DNA of 55,171 nucleotides, filler included, from Perkinsus olseni (Eukaryota): NCBI GenBank assembly GCA_013115125.1. It is 2 parts of 2 records of this genome, joined end to end, with 100 filler letters (N's around TTAATTAATTAA, not from the genome) between each part and the next. Parts side by side here need not be neighbours in the genome. Positions count along the whole stretch, not along the records: positions 1 to 27,545 come from JABANN010000463.1; positions 27,646 to 55,171 come from JABANN010000464.1. One strand, 5' to 3'. Shown piece by piece: positions 23,300 to 33,814 of this stretch (position 1 is its first letter; each line of letters starts with the position of its first letter). The notes under the pieces were generated by a model. It saw only the letters and a program-made list of their open reading frames with translations, ran no database searches and was not told where the DNA came from. The position numbers and the translations under genes were made by a program.

Positions 23300-26200
23300 C
23301 GCACTGCAAACTGCTATTATCAGTATGAGGCTGTAGCGGAAGTTTCATTTTACGGTTTGGGAAGCTCATGAACAACCGCTTTCAGATGGTTTTCACGCCG
23401 AGTTCTATTTCGAGATCTTCCTCTGAGTTCATCATCTGCTGTCACTCTGGCTGCGAGTGGATTCTCACTCTCGCTCTCGCTGAGCGGCTTGTTAATTCTA
23501 CTCCTGGGATTACAGTTGGCGCCAGTAGTGGATGCTCACGCAAGGATGGTTGCGTGGAGTAAGACTGGCTCAGCCGTTAGTGTGTCAAGCTCTCGACCTT
23601 GCAGCCCGGGTTCGACCCCGTGGGAGTTGATTGAATAGATACATGCTTGAGCGGCATCCTTCTGATGGTCTATGTCCTACTGCCCATATCGCTTCTCATA
23701 ATAGCGTGCCCGAGACGATCTCACAGTAAGCTGCTGCCCTTCGTTCCCTACCACCTCGGATCTCGCGTCAGGTTCTAGTTCCGTAGGCTCTACTGCTGTG
23801 AAGGGCTCGTCTTTACCCCATAGGGTACAATCGCTATGCTGTGGGGGCCTGGCGCTGTATATAGTCTATTGGACCATGAAGCAGAGTAGTGGTCGGGAAG
23901 GCCACGGGTGATTGGTCGGATGGATGGAACTGGGAATACAGAAAGGATTCTGCAAGGGGCTCGCAAATCTGAATCTTGCACAGAGCATCGGTAGTCTGCC
24001 ATGGCTCTGTGCAACCCAGGGTCTGGCGGCGCCGGCTCCGTCGAGATGATGATGCACGCTCTGACTGAGTCTGCTTATCTGAGATCTCGTGGATGATTCT
24101 GGCTGGCCATTCCACGTGGAATATCGGCTAGCTGTGGTGCTCTGTTGGAGCTTCGCTGAGTGAAAAATGTCCACCTGGCTCATCACGGTTCCTTCAGGCA
24201 GTGGCTTCCTGTTGTCGACAACAGGATCGATTGGAGTGGTACTGGTAGCCATCGTATCTGGGTATGGTGCTGTGAAGTTCCCTTATTCTAATATATCCAG
24301 GCTTATGAATCCTGTAGGCAGCTCCACCTTCTCGATCACCGTACAAACGCCACTGTTCGGAGTTGCAATACGAGCGTTCGAAATGACAGCTGCCTTGTTC
24401 TGAGCCTTCGGGCTGCAGTTTTTGAGGGGTTGTTGTCGTGAAGAATGTACTACCATACTGACAGGTGACGAGGATGCAGCTTCGGGAACAACAGAAACGG
24501 CTACTCCACACTTTACAGTTGATCGGCGAGAGGAAGAGAGCCGTTCTCCTGGAGAGACATGACCGGGCCAGCGGGCTTAGTGCAGCCCCGGGGCGGGCGA
24601 AGGGTGAGTCATCGACGTAGACAGGACGCGTTGTAGTAAGTTAGTTGTTGATCAGGGTATGTCTCGAGTGTCCTGGGCTGGATACTGGGCGGCGCATCCG
24701 AAGGTTCGTCCGAGAAGGACATGCTGTACGAGATCGAGGCACTAGAGTCTATGAGTGAGATCATACTGATGTCTTCGCTTGCTTCTAGCCCAAAGGTCTA
24801 CTCAAGTCCTGCCAGGGCACTCTAGCCTCGAGTCATGAGAGCTTCACACGATCTGTACTCCGCCTTTGAATCGAATTGACAATCTCACATTCTCGTGTAT
24901 GCGTTAGGATTGTCTCGTGTCCGTACCCTAGGTCGATGATTGCTTTTAATGATCCTCTGTGTCATTCGTGACAGGTTCTGAGATGTACACCAGTTTGGAG
25001 AATCTCACCGAGGAGAGGCAGCGAGTTCTCTACTCCACCACTCGCATAGGGCGAATAAAAAACTTATGGGGTAGGCCACTCGTTTTTATCGACTTGGCAC
25101 AACCGCGGCGGCGCCCGAGATGCCGCTCAGCAGTTCGCTGCGATGGAGTTCCGCTCCTGCATGTCTCCGGTACAGTGGCCGGAGCGCTCCTCAGAGTCCA
25201 TGACCCGTCGTTCCATGTTGCTCACTTGGGCCTTTCATCACATCTTCTCACTACCACATTCCAAAGAAGTTTTCAACTTCTAACGGAACTCACCGCTACT
25301 GTTGCGGGGCAGCATTCTCTGAGAACGCTGGTAGCTTTCACGAATTTCTTTGTCGCTAAACTTACGAGTAGCGTCCATCCAGTAAGCCTGCTTGAAGCAC
25401 CCTGAAATTGAGTAAGGGTCAATGAAGGACGGTCAATGCACTGCTAAGTGTGGATGAGCACGAAGCTCGAGAAAAGCTCGGTGTCAAACCCTGAACCCTT
25501 CCCATCTGGCGTAGTGGCCTCATTTCTGCATGTTGCATTTTTTCGACTTTAAAAGAATTCAGGGACGTTTCTCATAGGCTAATACTTCGTCAAACACTCC
25601 CACTTGAAAAACTCTCCACTATTTGGTTCGATTTGTACCAGTGCCTTCCGCTGTAGTGTCTTTGTTCAATTCTGTTCAGGGTGGATAATGTCGCTTGTCT
25701 GCTGCTACAAGATCATCACTTCCTCTCGGAACTTCATCAAGGGCAATGTTACTGACAGGAGTTTGATAGAGCGCGTGTTAAGAGCTGCCATCACGTACAC
25801 ACCCGTGAGTTCTTGGTTTTTTTGAGACCTCTTCCGTGCATGCCCTCACGTTCAGTTGGAAATTGACGTCCAGTACTGGTTGCGTCTACTAACTGTACTC
25901 TTTATCGGATACCTGGCCATAAGCAACACGAGGAACTGCATCTCGCAGCTGCTGTCGATATTCAGACTACTTCAACCGTAAGTCGGATCTCTTGCCTGAA
26001 CCAAATCTAGTCGCTCCGGGCCTACTTTCTTGAACTGTTGTACGCTGTGCTTCGGCTCGCGTGCACTGCACTAGAGTGGATGGTTCCAAGAAAGAAGATT
26101 CTTCAGGCATGCAGGGATGGAGTCCTCACAGAAGACGAACGCAGCGATCGCTATCATCATGGCCCAGGTTGAAGGTTGGTCAGAAGCATTCGTGTACTGT

Positions 26201-26757
26201 ATTGCCTTCCTCTTAGATGATGCTGTTGTACTTCTGTACGTGTACATTGATGATGAGGGGAGCACTGCCGTTGAATAGCAGAGCGAGAATAGAACTCGAG
26301 AGATTCTTCGGGGATAAGGTGGCTTATTCGGCACATGTTTTTAGAATTACTCGTCCTGGGCGTTACAAAAACGATCACTTTTCACTTACGGATCCAAATC
26401 GCATACACGATTGAGCTGTTCGAGTGAAGCTGGCAGCCGTCCGAAAGGATCTCTCATCCCCTAGCCGACGTCAAATAACTAGTCATGAGCAACTTGGGAT
26501 TTCAAGCCCTTTCGTGTATGATGGTTTGTGGCTAGGGCTCCGCTTGAGCGTATCCATTCGCGTTCTGCGGCGTTAATGTTACCGCGCTGTGCCGGCTGTT
26601 AGGGGCCTGATTGTATCGGTTTTAGGTGGACTTCACCTCAATGCAGCTTCGGTTTGACTGCACCTTCGCTATAGCGGCCTGCGTGTCTGCAGCACTCCTA
26701 GCTCTCCAGTGGTTCTATCGCCGGGCAACTACTAAGCGCGTTTTGAAGACAGCCTGA
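23300..26757 (+). CDS. GPR89: Golgi pH regulator / GPR89 (GTG) family membrane protein, multi-exon, start approximate
   Basis: WFSRRVLFRDL; GSIGVVLVAIVSGYGAVKFPY (cf. GVTLMALLSGFGAVNCPY); QKRLLHTLQLI; YSTTRIGRIKNLWG; IDVQYWLRLLTVLFIGYL; MMLLYFCTCTLMMRGALP; LRFDCTFAIAA..KTA*. Confidence 0.9.
23563..23627 (+). pseudogene. Near-complete degenerate tRNA-Glu(CTC)-like sequence filling the 80-nt GPR89 intron 23559-23638
   Basis: A-box-like TGGCTCAGCCGTTAG, anticodon arm CAAG-CTCTCGAC-CTTG, GCAGCCCGGGTTCGACCCC, 3' GGGAG; the intron joins AW|NTCLSG in frame. Confidence 0.65.
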
Positions 26758-27414
26758 AGGATGCACCGCGTCTGACTGAAACGCCGGAGTCCTTGTTTGA
26801 CGTGACGAGTTGCTGTTGACGACCGTTTTACGACTCATCGAATTCGTTTCTTACTTGTCTTTTTGTGGTCTCGTTTCTGCAAGTGCTCGGGAGATTGGGA
26901 GCCGGATAAAAGTCGGAAAATCTCGACATAACGATGCGCCCAACAAGAGCGAATATTTCTTGTGTGAGGAACCCTGCCTGTTCACCGCGGCGGAGGGTAT
27001 TACTTGCGGCTGATGACATTCGACACAGTATTGTAGTTGAGCAATCCTCGACGATTGGCATTCCGGATTAGCATTCGAGCTCGGCTTTGGGCACTCCCGT
27101 GTCGGCGGTGTGAAGAACGTACGGGCATGTGTACGAGGCGCGAATATCCTTATACAGGAATCGAAAGAAAGGCTATGGATCCTCGAACCTTATTAGTAGT
27201 CGCAAAGACTGAACGCAAGAGAAGACACGTCGTGTTGTGTTAGAGACTGTGTGGAGACGGCCATTTTTTCTTGCAGAGGCTACAGCCGAATTGTGACGCG
27301 CCCCAGAAGGTGATTCAAAGAGAGTATTGATGATGATTGTCAGGGCCACTAATTCAGCAGCCTCGATTAATGAATACTTCACACAGTTTCCCATAACCAC
27401 CTTTCATCGTTATA

Positions 27415-27545
27415 ATGCCTTCTCTACCGCACTTCGCACTGGTCTTACTTGCTTCCTTATGCCTCTTGGTTTCAGCTGACGTTAATGATGCTGTCTACCG
27501 CTTGATAGATGTCCTGCCGGGGCAAGTCCAAACTGGGGGTATCCC
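27415..27545 (+). CDS. 5' fragment of a secreted protein, cut by the assembly gap
   Basis: MPSLPHFALVLLASLCLLVSA signal peptide; ORF runs into Ns. Confidence 0.5.
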
Positions 27546-27645
27546 NNNNNNNNNNNNNNNNNNNNNNNNNNNNNNNNNNNNNNNNNNNNTTAATTAATTA
27601 ANNNNNNNNNNNNNNNNNNNNNNNNNNNNNNNNNNNNNNNNNNNN
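27546..27645. other. Scaffold gap with artificial all-frame stop spacer
   Basis: 44 N + TTAATTAATTAA + 44 N. Confidence 0.97.
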
Positions 27646-29089
27646 ACAGTAGCAAACATCGTAGCGTTTGCTGCCACTGTACGACATCTAGTCTGATGAT
27701 GAGAACGGTGGGAGGAGGTGTTGGGAGCCGGAAGCACGCACCGAGTTATTGTTGACAGTCGTTCGAGTCCCATCTGTGGATGACTCAGAGTTACGCCCAT
27801 TTTCTGTAACCATGACTAATCAACACAATAACCAGTTCTTGTAACCAATGATCCTTACTGATAACCCCGAAGAACAATAGATACCTCAGAGGAATACACA
27901 GATAATAACCCAGCAAACACCACAGGAATAAGGCTTGCCAATAAGTCTTATAACTTCGCCTACTTCTCAGTCTTATACAGACTTACACAGCGTTTAGGCT
28001 ACGCAGCTAACACTTATAGAGACAGTTAAGATACTCAGAGACAATGACACAGATCAATATCAACGCAGATCAGTCCTCAGAATCGCCACAGAATGACGCG
28101 CTCGCCACTTAATAGTCAAACTGCGCAAAGTCTCCCAACAGAGGGACCGGTTGTGGCAGGATTCAAGGCACATACCTGGCAGTGATCGACTACGGCTGAT
28201 CGGCGAGAGTGAAATTCGGGAAGTAGAGGAATTTTTCGCTCCCGCACAACGTAGAAGACGTGGTTTGTGTGATAAGCCACTTGGAGCATCTTCCGCACAA
28301 ACGAAGCTAGTGCAGATATTCAAACGCTACCAGGTATCAATGTATGACGTTGGTTGTCTGGTGCTCACCAGACTTTGGCTGATTTTCGCGCCCTTCCCAG
28401 CCCAATCCCTCGATGTGGAGGTAGGACTAGAGTTTGTCTCCAACGATATCCCGAGGTAAGTCCGCAGAGAGACTTGGGATTGTATTCGTTGATAGACACT
28501 CTCAGTCCTAATAGATGACCGCTGACTGAAGTGTGGTGAGTCACAGCCTGTGGGTCTTTCCACAGCGACCACCGCCTTGTGGTTCGATCTGTCTGGCAGC
28601 TCACCGTGAGTTGCTCTCATGTTTACTGGCTGTTCTGAACAGTCTGTGACATATGGACCACACCAGTTCTGCTGTGGGCAACGCAATTCGCATTCCCCTA
28701 GCTACCTTGGCCAGTCAGCTACATCTATCCGTCCCATCCTCTACGTCACTGGGAATTTCACGTGAAGGAAAAACCTTCGAAAACACGAATTCCGTGGACC
28801 ATCGCTGCGGCTGTCCTGCAGTCTGCCGCCGAGGAGCAATGAGACTACGAGGTCGCTAGTCTCATTGGTAGTTTTGCAATGATGGAGGTCAGCATAGCTT
28901 GGCAACCTGAAGAACCAGGACACAGAGATCCTTCTCGGATAATGGGTAACAGTCAAACAAGGCGATCACCTCACCCAGTGTCGTGGCTATGGTCGACTAT
29001 TTTAACCCTGGTATCGGATGCATTGGTATTAGCACATCCCGACGGGGGGCAATTGACCTGCAGTCAGCCTGCTGTCGGGAGTAGTGGGG
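27646..29089 (-). pseudogene. Disrupted inverted copy of the gene fragment at 32611-33046
   Basis: 27646-27718, 28141-28176 and 28761-29089 are the reverse complement of contiguous 32611-33046, interrupted by two insertions. Confidence 0.8.
27719..28140. mobile_element. Solo LTR (422 bp) with 4-bp target-site duplication
   Basis: Ends TGTTGGGAG...CTCCCAACA (TG..CA, 9-bp inverted termini); GAGG on both sides (27715-27718, 28141-28144); empty site with one GAGG in the paralogous copy near 32975. Confidence 0.88.
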
Positions 29090-30073
29090 ACACTCCCCGC
29101 AACAGCCGAGACACTCCCTCTGGTTGAAGACACAAAAATGAAACGACGGAGAAGGTCACCTCTCAAGCCGGAGTAGTGGGTTTGGTGTTAGGCCATGCAC
29201 GTGGGGTTAGTGCACAGCAGACATCCGGTACGGTAGATGCCAGTCCCGATGATTCGAGGGAAAACCACGTAAGATGAGGACTCGAAGGATGAGTCTTTAG
29301 AGAAGCAGAATCGGTACTCGCCACCCGAGAGGAACTTGGTTGTGAGGCTGCCGTTGTAGTCGCTTCTGAACGGCAAAAGACCGGCCATGCTCGGTGGACC
29401 AGCAGGCGGATCAAACCTAGAGGCGGATGAAACGGTTTCATGATGAAACTTTCATTGAAACCACAGCTAGCAATGCACCGACTCGGTGCCACCGAGGGGT
29501 GTCGTCCCGCTCAGCCACGGTCCACTCGAATCGATCAAAGCTGGACCTGTGGAGAGATCGCGATAGGGACACGGGACACAAGGAGAGACGCGGAGTCCGA
29601 CCTGATACCGAACCTCCCGAGGATTGCAGTAGAGAGCAGTTGGCGCTCGTTAATAGACAGTTGGCTTCATAGTCTGCTGCGTCGGTACCTGACGATAAAT
29701 CCACTCCTGTGAGGGAGGCCACCTTTCCTACGTTACCGATCATGGCTGCACAGAGGCCTCCATCTACGATTCGGAGCCGCGGCTCCTGCGTGAATTCCAA
29801 AGTATCCGAAGTTGTTCAGGTATGAGGGTGTGATTGGAGAACGGTATTTCTGTCGGACTCCGTGATAGTAGCTGACCATCTTTAAACTCGTTCAATCCTT
29901 GTCTCGATCGAGTCCGTCGAAGGGATTCCTTGATTTTGTCGGATTGTGCGGTTTTCCTAACATTCCTCCCCAGAACGTCTCCCCCAAGAGCTGCAGGGCG
30001 CCGCGTTTTCTAGCGGGAATTCCTTACCCATCATACGAGAGGCAGCAGCTCTCCAACCCTCATTGCAAAGATC

Positions 30074-30343
30074 ATGAACACCATCATCGTCGGAGTCTGC
30101 TTCATGTGTCTGAGCGTCACTGCCACGGGCGTCAGGGTCGAGGAGTCCGCCTCGGGTCGGTCGTAAGTGGAGACAGCAGCAGTTGCCTTACCGACACCTC
30201 CGTTGCGACTTCTCTGCAGCACTTTGGCTACTCAGCTCGGTATTCCGTCTGATAACGTCACGTTGGCCTCCGTACCTAGAGGTAAGATTCGGCTTCCTGA
30301 AGGATTAGTTGACATATGTTCGGTGAAATCAGGTGGCAACTAG
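30074..30343 (+). pseudogene. Truncated paralogue of the Cys-rich secreted protein at 47184
   Basis: Same first two exons and introns (MNTIIVGVCFMCLSVTATGVRVEE..; TLATQLGIP..); TAG where the intact copy has TAC (GGN* vs GGNY); homology stops just after. Confidence 0.75.
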
Positions 30344-30727
30344 ATCGTTTCAAGATCCGAGCTACTTAGGTTTCACAAAGCCCTCCAATAAGCGATAGAT
30401 ACCTAGCGAGCATACCGGGCATGACCGATCGTCGCTGACGATCTATCAAAATCACTGCGAAGTTACTATTAACGAACATGTCATTTGAACAAGAATGCCA
30501 TAGCAACCACAGTCACCCGATACTAGGCACAGAAAAAGCCTTTTCGTGATGCACCCTTAGTGAGAGACTCTAAATCTTCCGCAAATCCGTAATTATAACG
30601 GAAAGAAATGATGAACGATGAGCTGAGAGATGAAATTCCGCTTACCATAATACTTTTAACAAGTCTAACAATAGGTCGAACCTTGACGGCTCTACTACTT
30701 CTAACAACTTTAGCAATAGGTCGTAAC

Positions 30728-31552
30728 TCAATCGAAACCCTTCAGAAAGGTTTCTTTACCTCCCAGGTTAATGGACACCGCCGTCAGCCTGCCATCCACA
30801 CGAACTGGATGTCCTCGGGGTTTCATGAAGTCGTCAGGCTTGGTATCTATACTGCAACTGCGTCTCAACCACGTCTTCAGCCTTTGTACTTGGCGAATAC
30901 TGTGTTGAGTGACCACGTACTCGACTTTACGGGAAACGGCGGAGACGCGGAGCGTTGTATCAAAGCGGCGACCAGACGGACTGCACCTCAAAGCCATCCA
31001 GACCAAGAGCTGTTCAGATCCTGATTCAGAATATCTGCGAACGTCGTAGAGAATATCCAAGGTCCCAGAAGAGTAGCGATAGACATTTGGCAGAATAGGG
31101 GGATATGCGTCAAGCCTCGTTAAGGTCGCCTTACGTCCCTCCAAAGTAGTAGTCAGAGTGGAAGCCTTGGTCGAGGAGTCAGAGTGAAAGATGAAAGTCT
31201 CCAGGTCACCAGCAATAGGCTTGATCGGAGAGATAGAATCGGTCCCAGTGCACACAGACCTAATCTTGTTAAACCAGCACTCGATACCTGCACAGTCTCC
31301 ACTGAAATCGACGGTGTACTCATCGCCAAGGGTGCCCACTCTTCTGAGTTTACGCGGCCCAAGCAGAACACTGGCCAGATTGAAGCAGTGGAACTGCAGT
31401 TCAATCGTCTTGTCCACGTCCATGCTGATAGTCAGAATATAATTTACACCAAGGGTGCGATCTTGAAACTGATGTTGGAACCAGCCAACCGGTTGAGCAT
31501 TCACCCGAAGGAGAAGGAGCATCGAAAGCAGCAACGTTGAGATGATAGGCAT
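30728..31552 (-). CDS. Intronless 274-aa secreted hypothetical protein
   Basis: ATG-to-stop ORF with signal peptide MPIISTLLLSMLLLLRVNA; two loosely similar halves with spaced Cys. Confidence 0.8.
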   Translation of the reverse strand: MPIISTLLLSMLLLLRVNAQPVGWFQHQFQDRTLGVNYILTISMDVDKTIELQFHCFNLASVLLGPRKLRRVGTLGDEYTVDFSGDCAGIECWFNKIRSVCTGTDSISPIKPIAGDLETFIFHSDSSTKASTLTTTLEGRKATLTRLDAYPPILPNVYRYSSGTLDILYDVRRYSESGSEQLLVWMALRCSPSGRRFDTTLRVSAVSRKVEYVVTQHSIRQVQRLKTWLRRSCSIDTKPDDFMKPRGHPVRVDGRLTAVSINLGGKETFLKGFD

Positions 31553-32329
31553 GCTACGAAATCCCGTCTCAGGAGAAAGTGTGAAACCGAAAAGCTAAAG
31601 CAAGAAGTTGCATAGTGCCACACGTGACTAATGACCGCGTTTCGCAGGGAGATCCCTGTAGTTACTCAGACGAATACATTTATTCCTCGTCTTTGGCAAA
31701 GATTCTGTGCGAATGGGAACGATCATTAAGACTTTCGCATAACGAGATAGTTGTCAATAACAGCTTACAATGATGGGGTATGCGTGCTCATATGGATAGT
31801 CTCCAAGAGGCTGTCTCCCAGGGACGTCCGGTCCGTGAGAGGCCTCTCGTGTCAATCGGGAGGGAGGCGTGGAAGCCTTCCTCGAGAGGGAGGCCTTCTT
31901 GAGGAGGACATAGGACTAACGCTTGTCGAGTAAGAGGCACGGGTTCTGTCATGAACCAGCAGGCGGCGGTTCACGGCTGCTTGGGTTCGAAACCGGGATC
32001 CTGCGCGGCTGTCTCTGGCGCCAAGGCCCTTCCTCAAGACCGGGCGTTAGGCCGATATGATGTGGACGGTCCACAGTGGCCCAACGTGGTTAGTCGAATG
32101 TAACTCGAAGAATCCGGAGACACTTAATTATCGGCTGGCTTCTGCAGATTTTGAACGCGGGGCTTTGGAGGAACTCCCGTCCCGGCTTCACACGCGTCGG
32201 ATCCAGCGGGTTAAACTCACCAGGGACAGCGAATATCAGCGGTGACACGCGGATGACACGTGTTGTGGGCGCAAATTACTTACTTCTCATGCTCCTATAC
32301 TCCGTGGGCTCCCCAAGGGATAAAATAAT

Positions 32330-33082
32330 CCGAGCGCGGGGGAGAGGACCCCGCACGTTTGTCCACATGGGCTATACCTCTGGGATCTGCTATTGCCCTG
32401 GATACCGAAGCTGTGCCGCTTACCAGGACTTCGTGGAGCAGGTCAGGCGTGCAGCGGTGACCCAAGTTGGGTGACCCAACGCTCTCTCTAAGTTGGTACA
32501 CTTTTCTTCTGGACTATCAGTGTTTGTGCTGTCACCAGCACTGAGTGCAAGGACACCTTCACTGGGGTTGCTGGTGGTTTTCCCTTCACCACTGCAGTGA
32601 GCCATCTCATCCCCACAGTTCCCGATAGCAGGCTGACTGCAGGTCAATTGCCCCCCGTCGGGATGTGCTAATACCAATGCATCCGATACCAGGGTTAAGA
32701 TAGTCGACCATAGCCACGACACTGGGTGAGGTGATCGCCTTGTTTGACTGTTACCGATTATCCGAAAAGGATCTCTGTGTCCTGGTTCTTCAGGTTGCCA
32801 AGCTATGCTGACCTCCATCATTCCAAAACTACCAATGAGACTAGCGACCTCGTAGTCTCTCATTGCTCCTCGGCGGCAGACTGCAGGACAGCCGCAGCGA
32901 TTGTCCACGGAATTCGTGTTTTCGAAGGTTTTTCCTTCACGGGTATGTGCCTTGAATCCTGCCACAACCGGTCCCTCCTCCCACCGTTCTCATCATCAGA
33001 CTAGATGTCGTACAGTGGCAGCAAACGCTACGATGTTTGCTACTGTGATGGCCACTGTGCAGCTCCAGCCAACTGGCACAAG
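32330..33082 (+). pseudogene. Fragment of a large Cys-motif (xCYCx) multi-exon protein gene
   Basis: Exon-like GICYCPGYRSCAAYQDFVEQV, VNCPPSGCANTNASDTRVKIVD, YDVCYCDGHCAAPANWHK; GTATGT donor at ~32943; in-frame TAG after the acceptor. Confidence 0.5.
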
Positions 33083-33310
33083 GTGACTAGTCGCATTTGG
33101 AACGTTCGAAGACTGGGCATTTCTTCAAAGTTGGGGAGTTTGATCGAGAGTCCCTCCAACTTGTTCGAGAGGTGGGGTCCCTCCACCCTCGACTGATGCC
33201 TCGACCACCATGGTTTTGCGCCGTCTAAGAGGGCGATGAATTCTCTGGCATTCGAGTTCTGGGCATGGGGTCGTCAAGCGCGCTCTTTTTTACATTGGTT
33301 TCATGCTTCT

Positions 33311-33814
33311 TCAGTAGTACTTTAGTTCGAGGTGGGATGAGGCATCTGACTTGAGCCAATCAACAAGGGCAACGACACGAGGACAGCGATCGTCAGCTGA
33401 GGCTCTTGTTCGACATTCAAGATCTAAATTGGGAATTCCCTTGACCTTTCGTTGAACAAACCGGTCCTCTAACCCTGTCCCTGGAGCCAGCAGCAATCTG
33501 AATGTTGCAGCGTTAGCCGAAACACTCTGACCGCCCCTTATTGACAAACATTGAACAATATGCAGCAAGAGCGGTGAAAAGTAAAACCTGAGCTCTGCCC
33601 CGACAGCTCTGAATACCATAGCGTCATCAACGAATAGAACTGAGAGGAAGAATACATGGCCAGAACGGTAGTTCCTCACAAGAATGACGCGCCAGTTGTT
33701 CATCTCATCGCGTGCGTAATGAAATCCTCTCAGAGGCCCCATCTGGCAATCTCGAAAGTCGCGCGGGTGAGACAATTGGGAGATACTTTCAAAGCGGAGG
33801 TCGTAACCATTCAC
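33311..33814 (-). CDS. Hypothetical protein
   Basis: 167-aa ORF with protein-like composition; no family recognised. Confidence 0.3.
   Translation of the reverse strand: MNGYDLRFESISQLSHPRDFRDCQMGPLRGFHYARDEMNNWRVILVRNYRSGHVFFLSVLFVDDAMVFRAVGAELRFYFSPLLLHIVQCLSIRGGQSVSANAATFRLLLAPGTGLEDRFVQRKVKGIPNLDLECRTRASADDRCPRVVALVDWLKSDASSHLELKYY

Noticed and set aside
25507-25517. Perfect A-box TGGCGTAGTGG in a GPR89 intron; A-box-like words also near 2600 and 41325
   Set aside because: No downstream B-box or cloverleaf.
27590-27601. TTAATTAATTAA palindrome
   Set aside because: Artificial spacer inside the N gap.
27718-28143. Segment missing from the paralogue reads GT..AG, suggesting a processed retrocopy
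   Set aside because: Better explained as a solo LTR with GAGG TSD; the host gene fragment lies on the opposite strand.
33350-33361. TTGGCTCAAG on the minus strand, like the 3' end of the Perkinsus spliced leader (also ACCGTAGC near 41980)
   Set aside because: Only 8-10 nt match with non-matching flanks; expected by chance.
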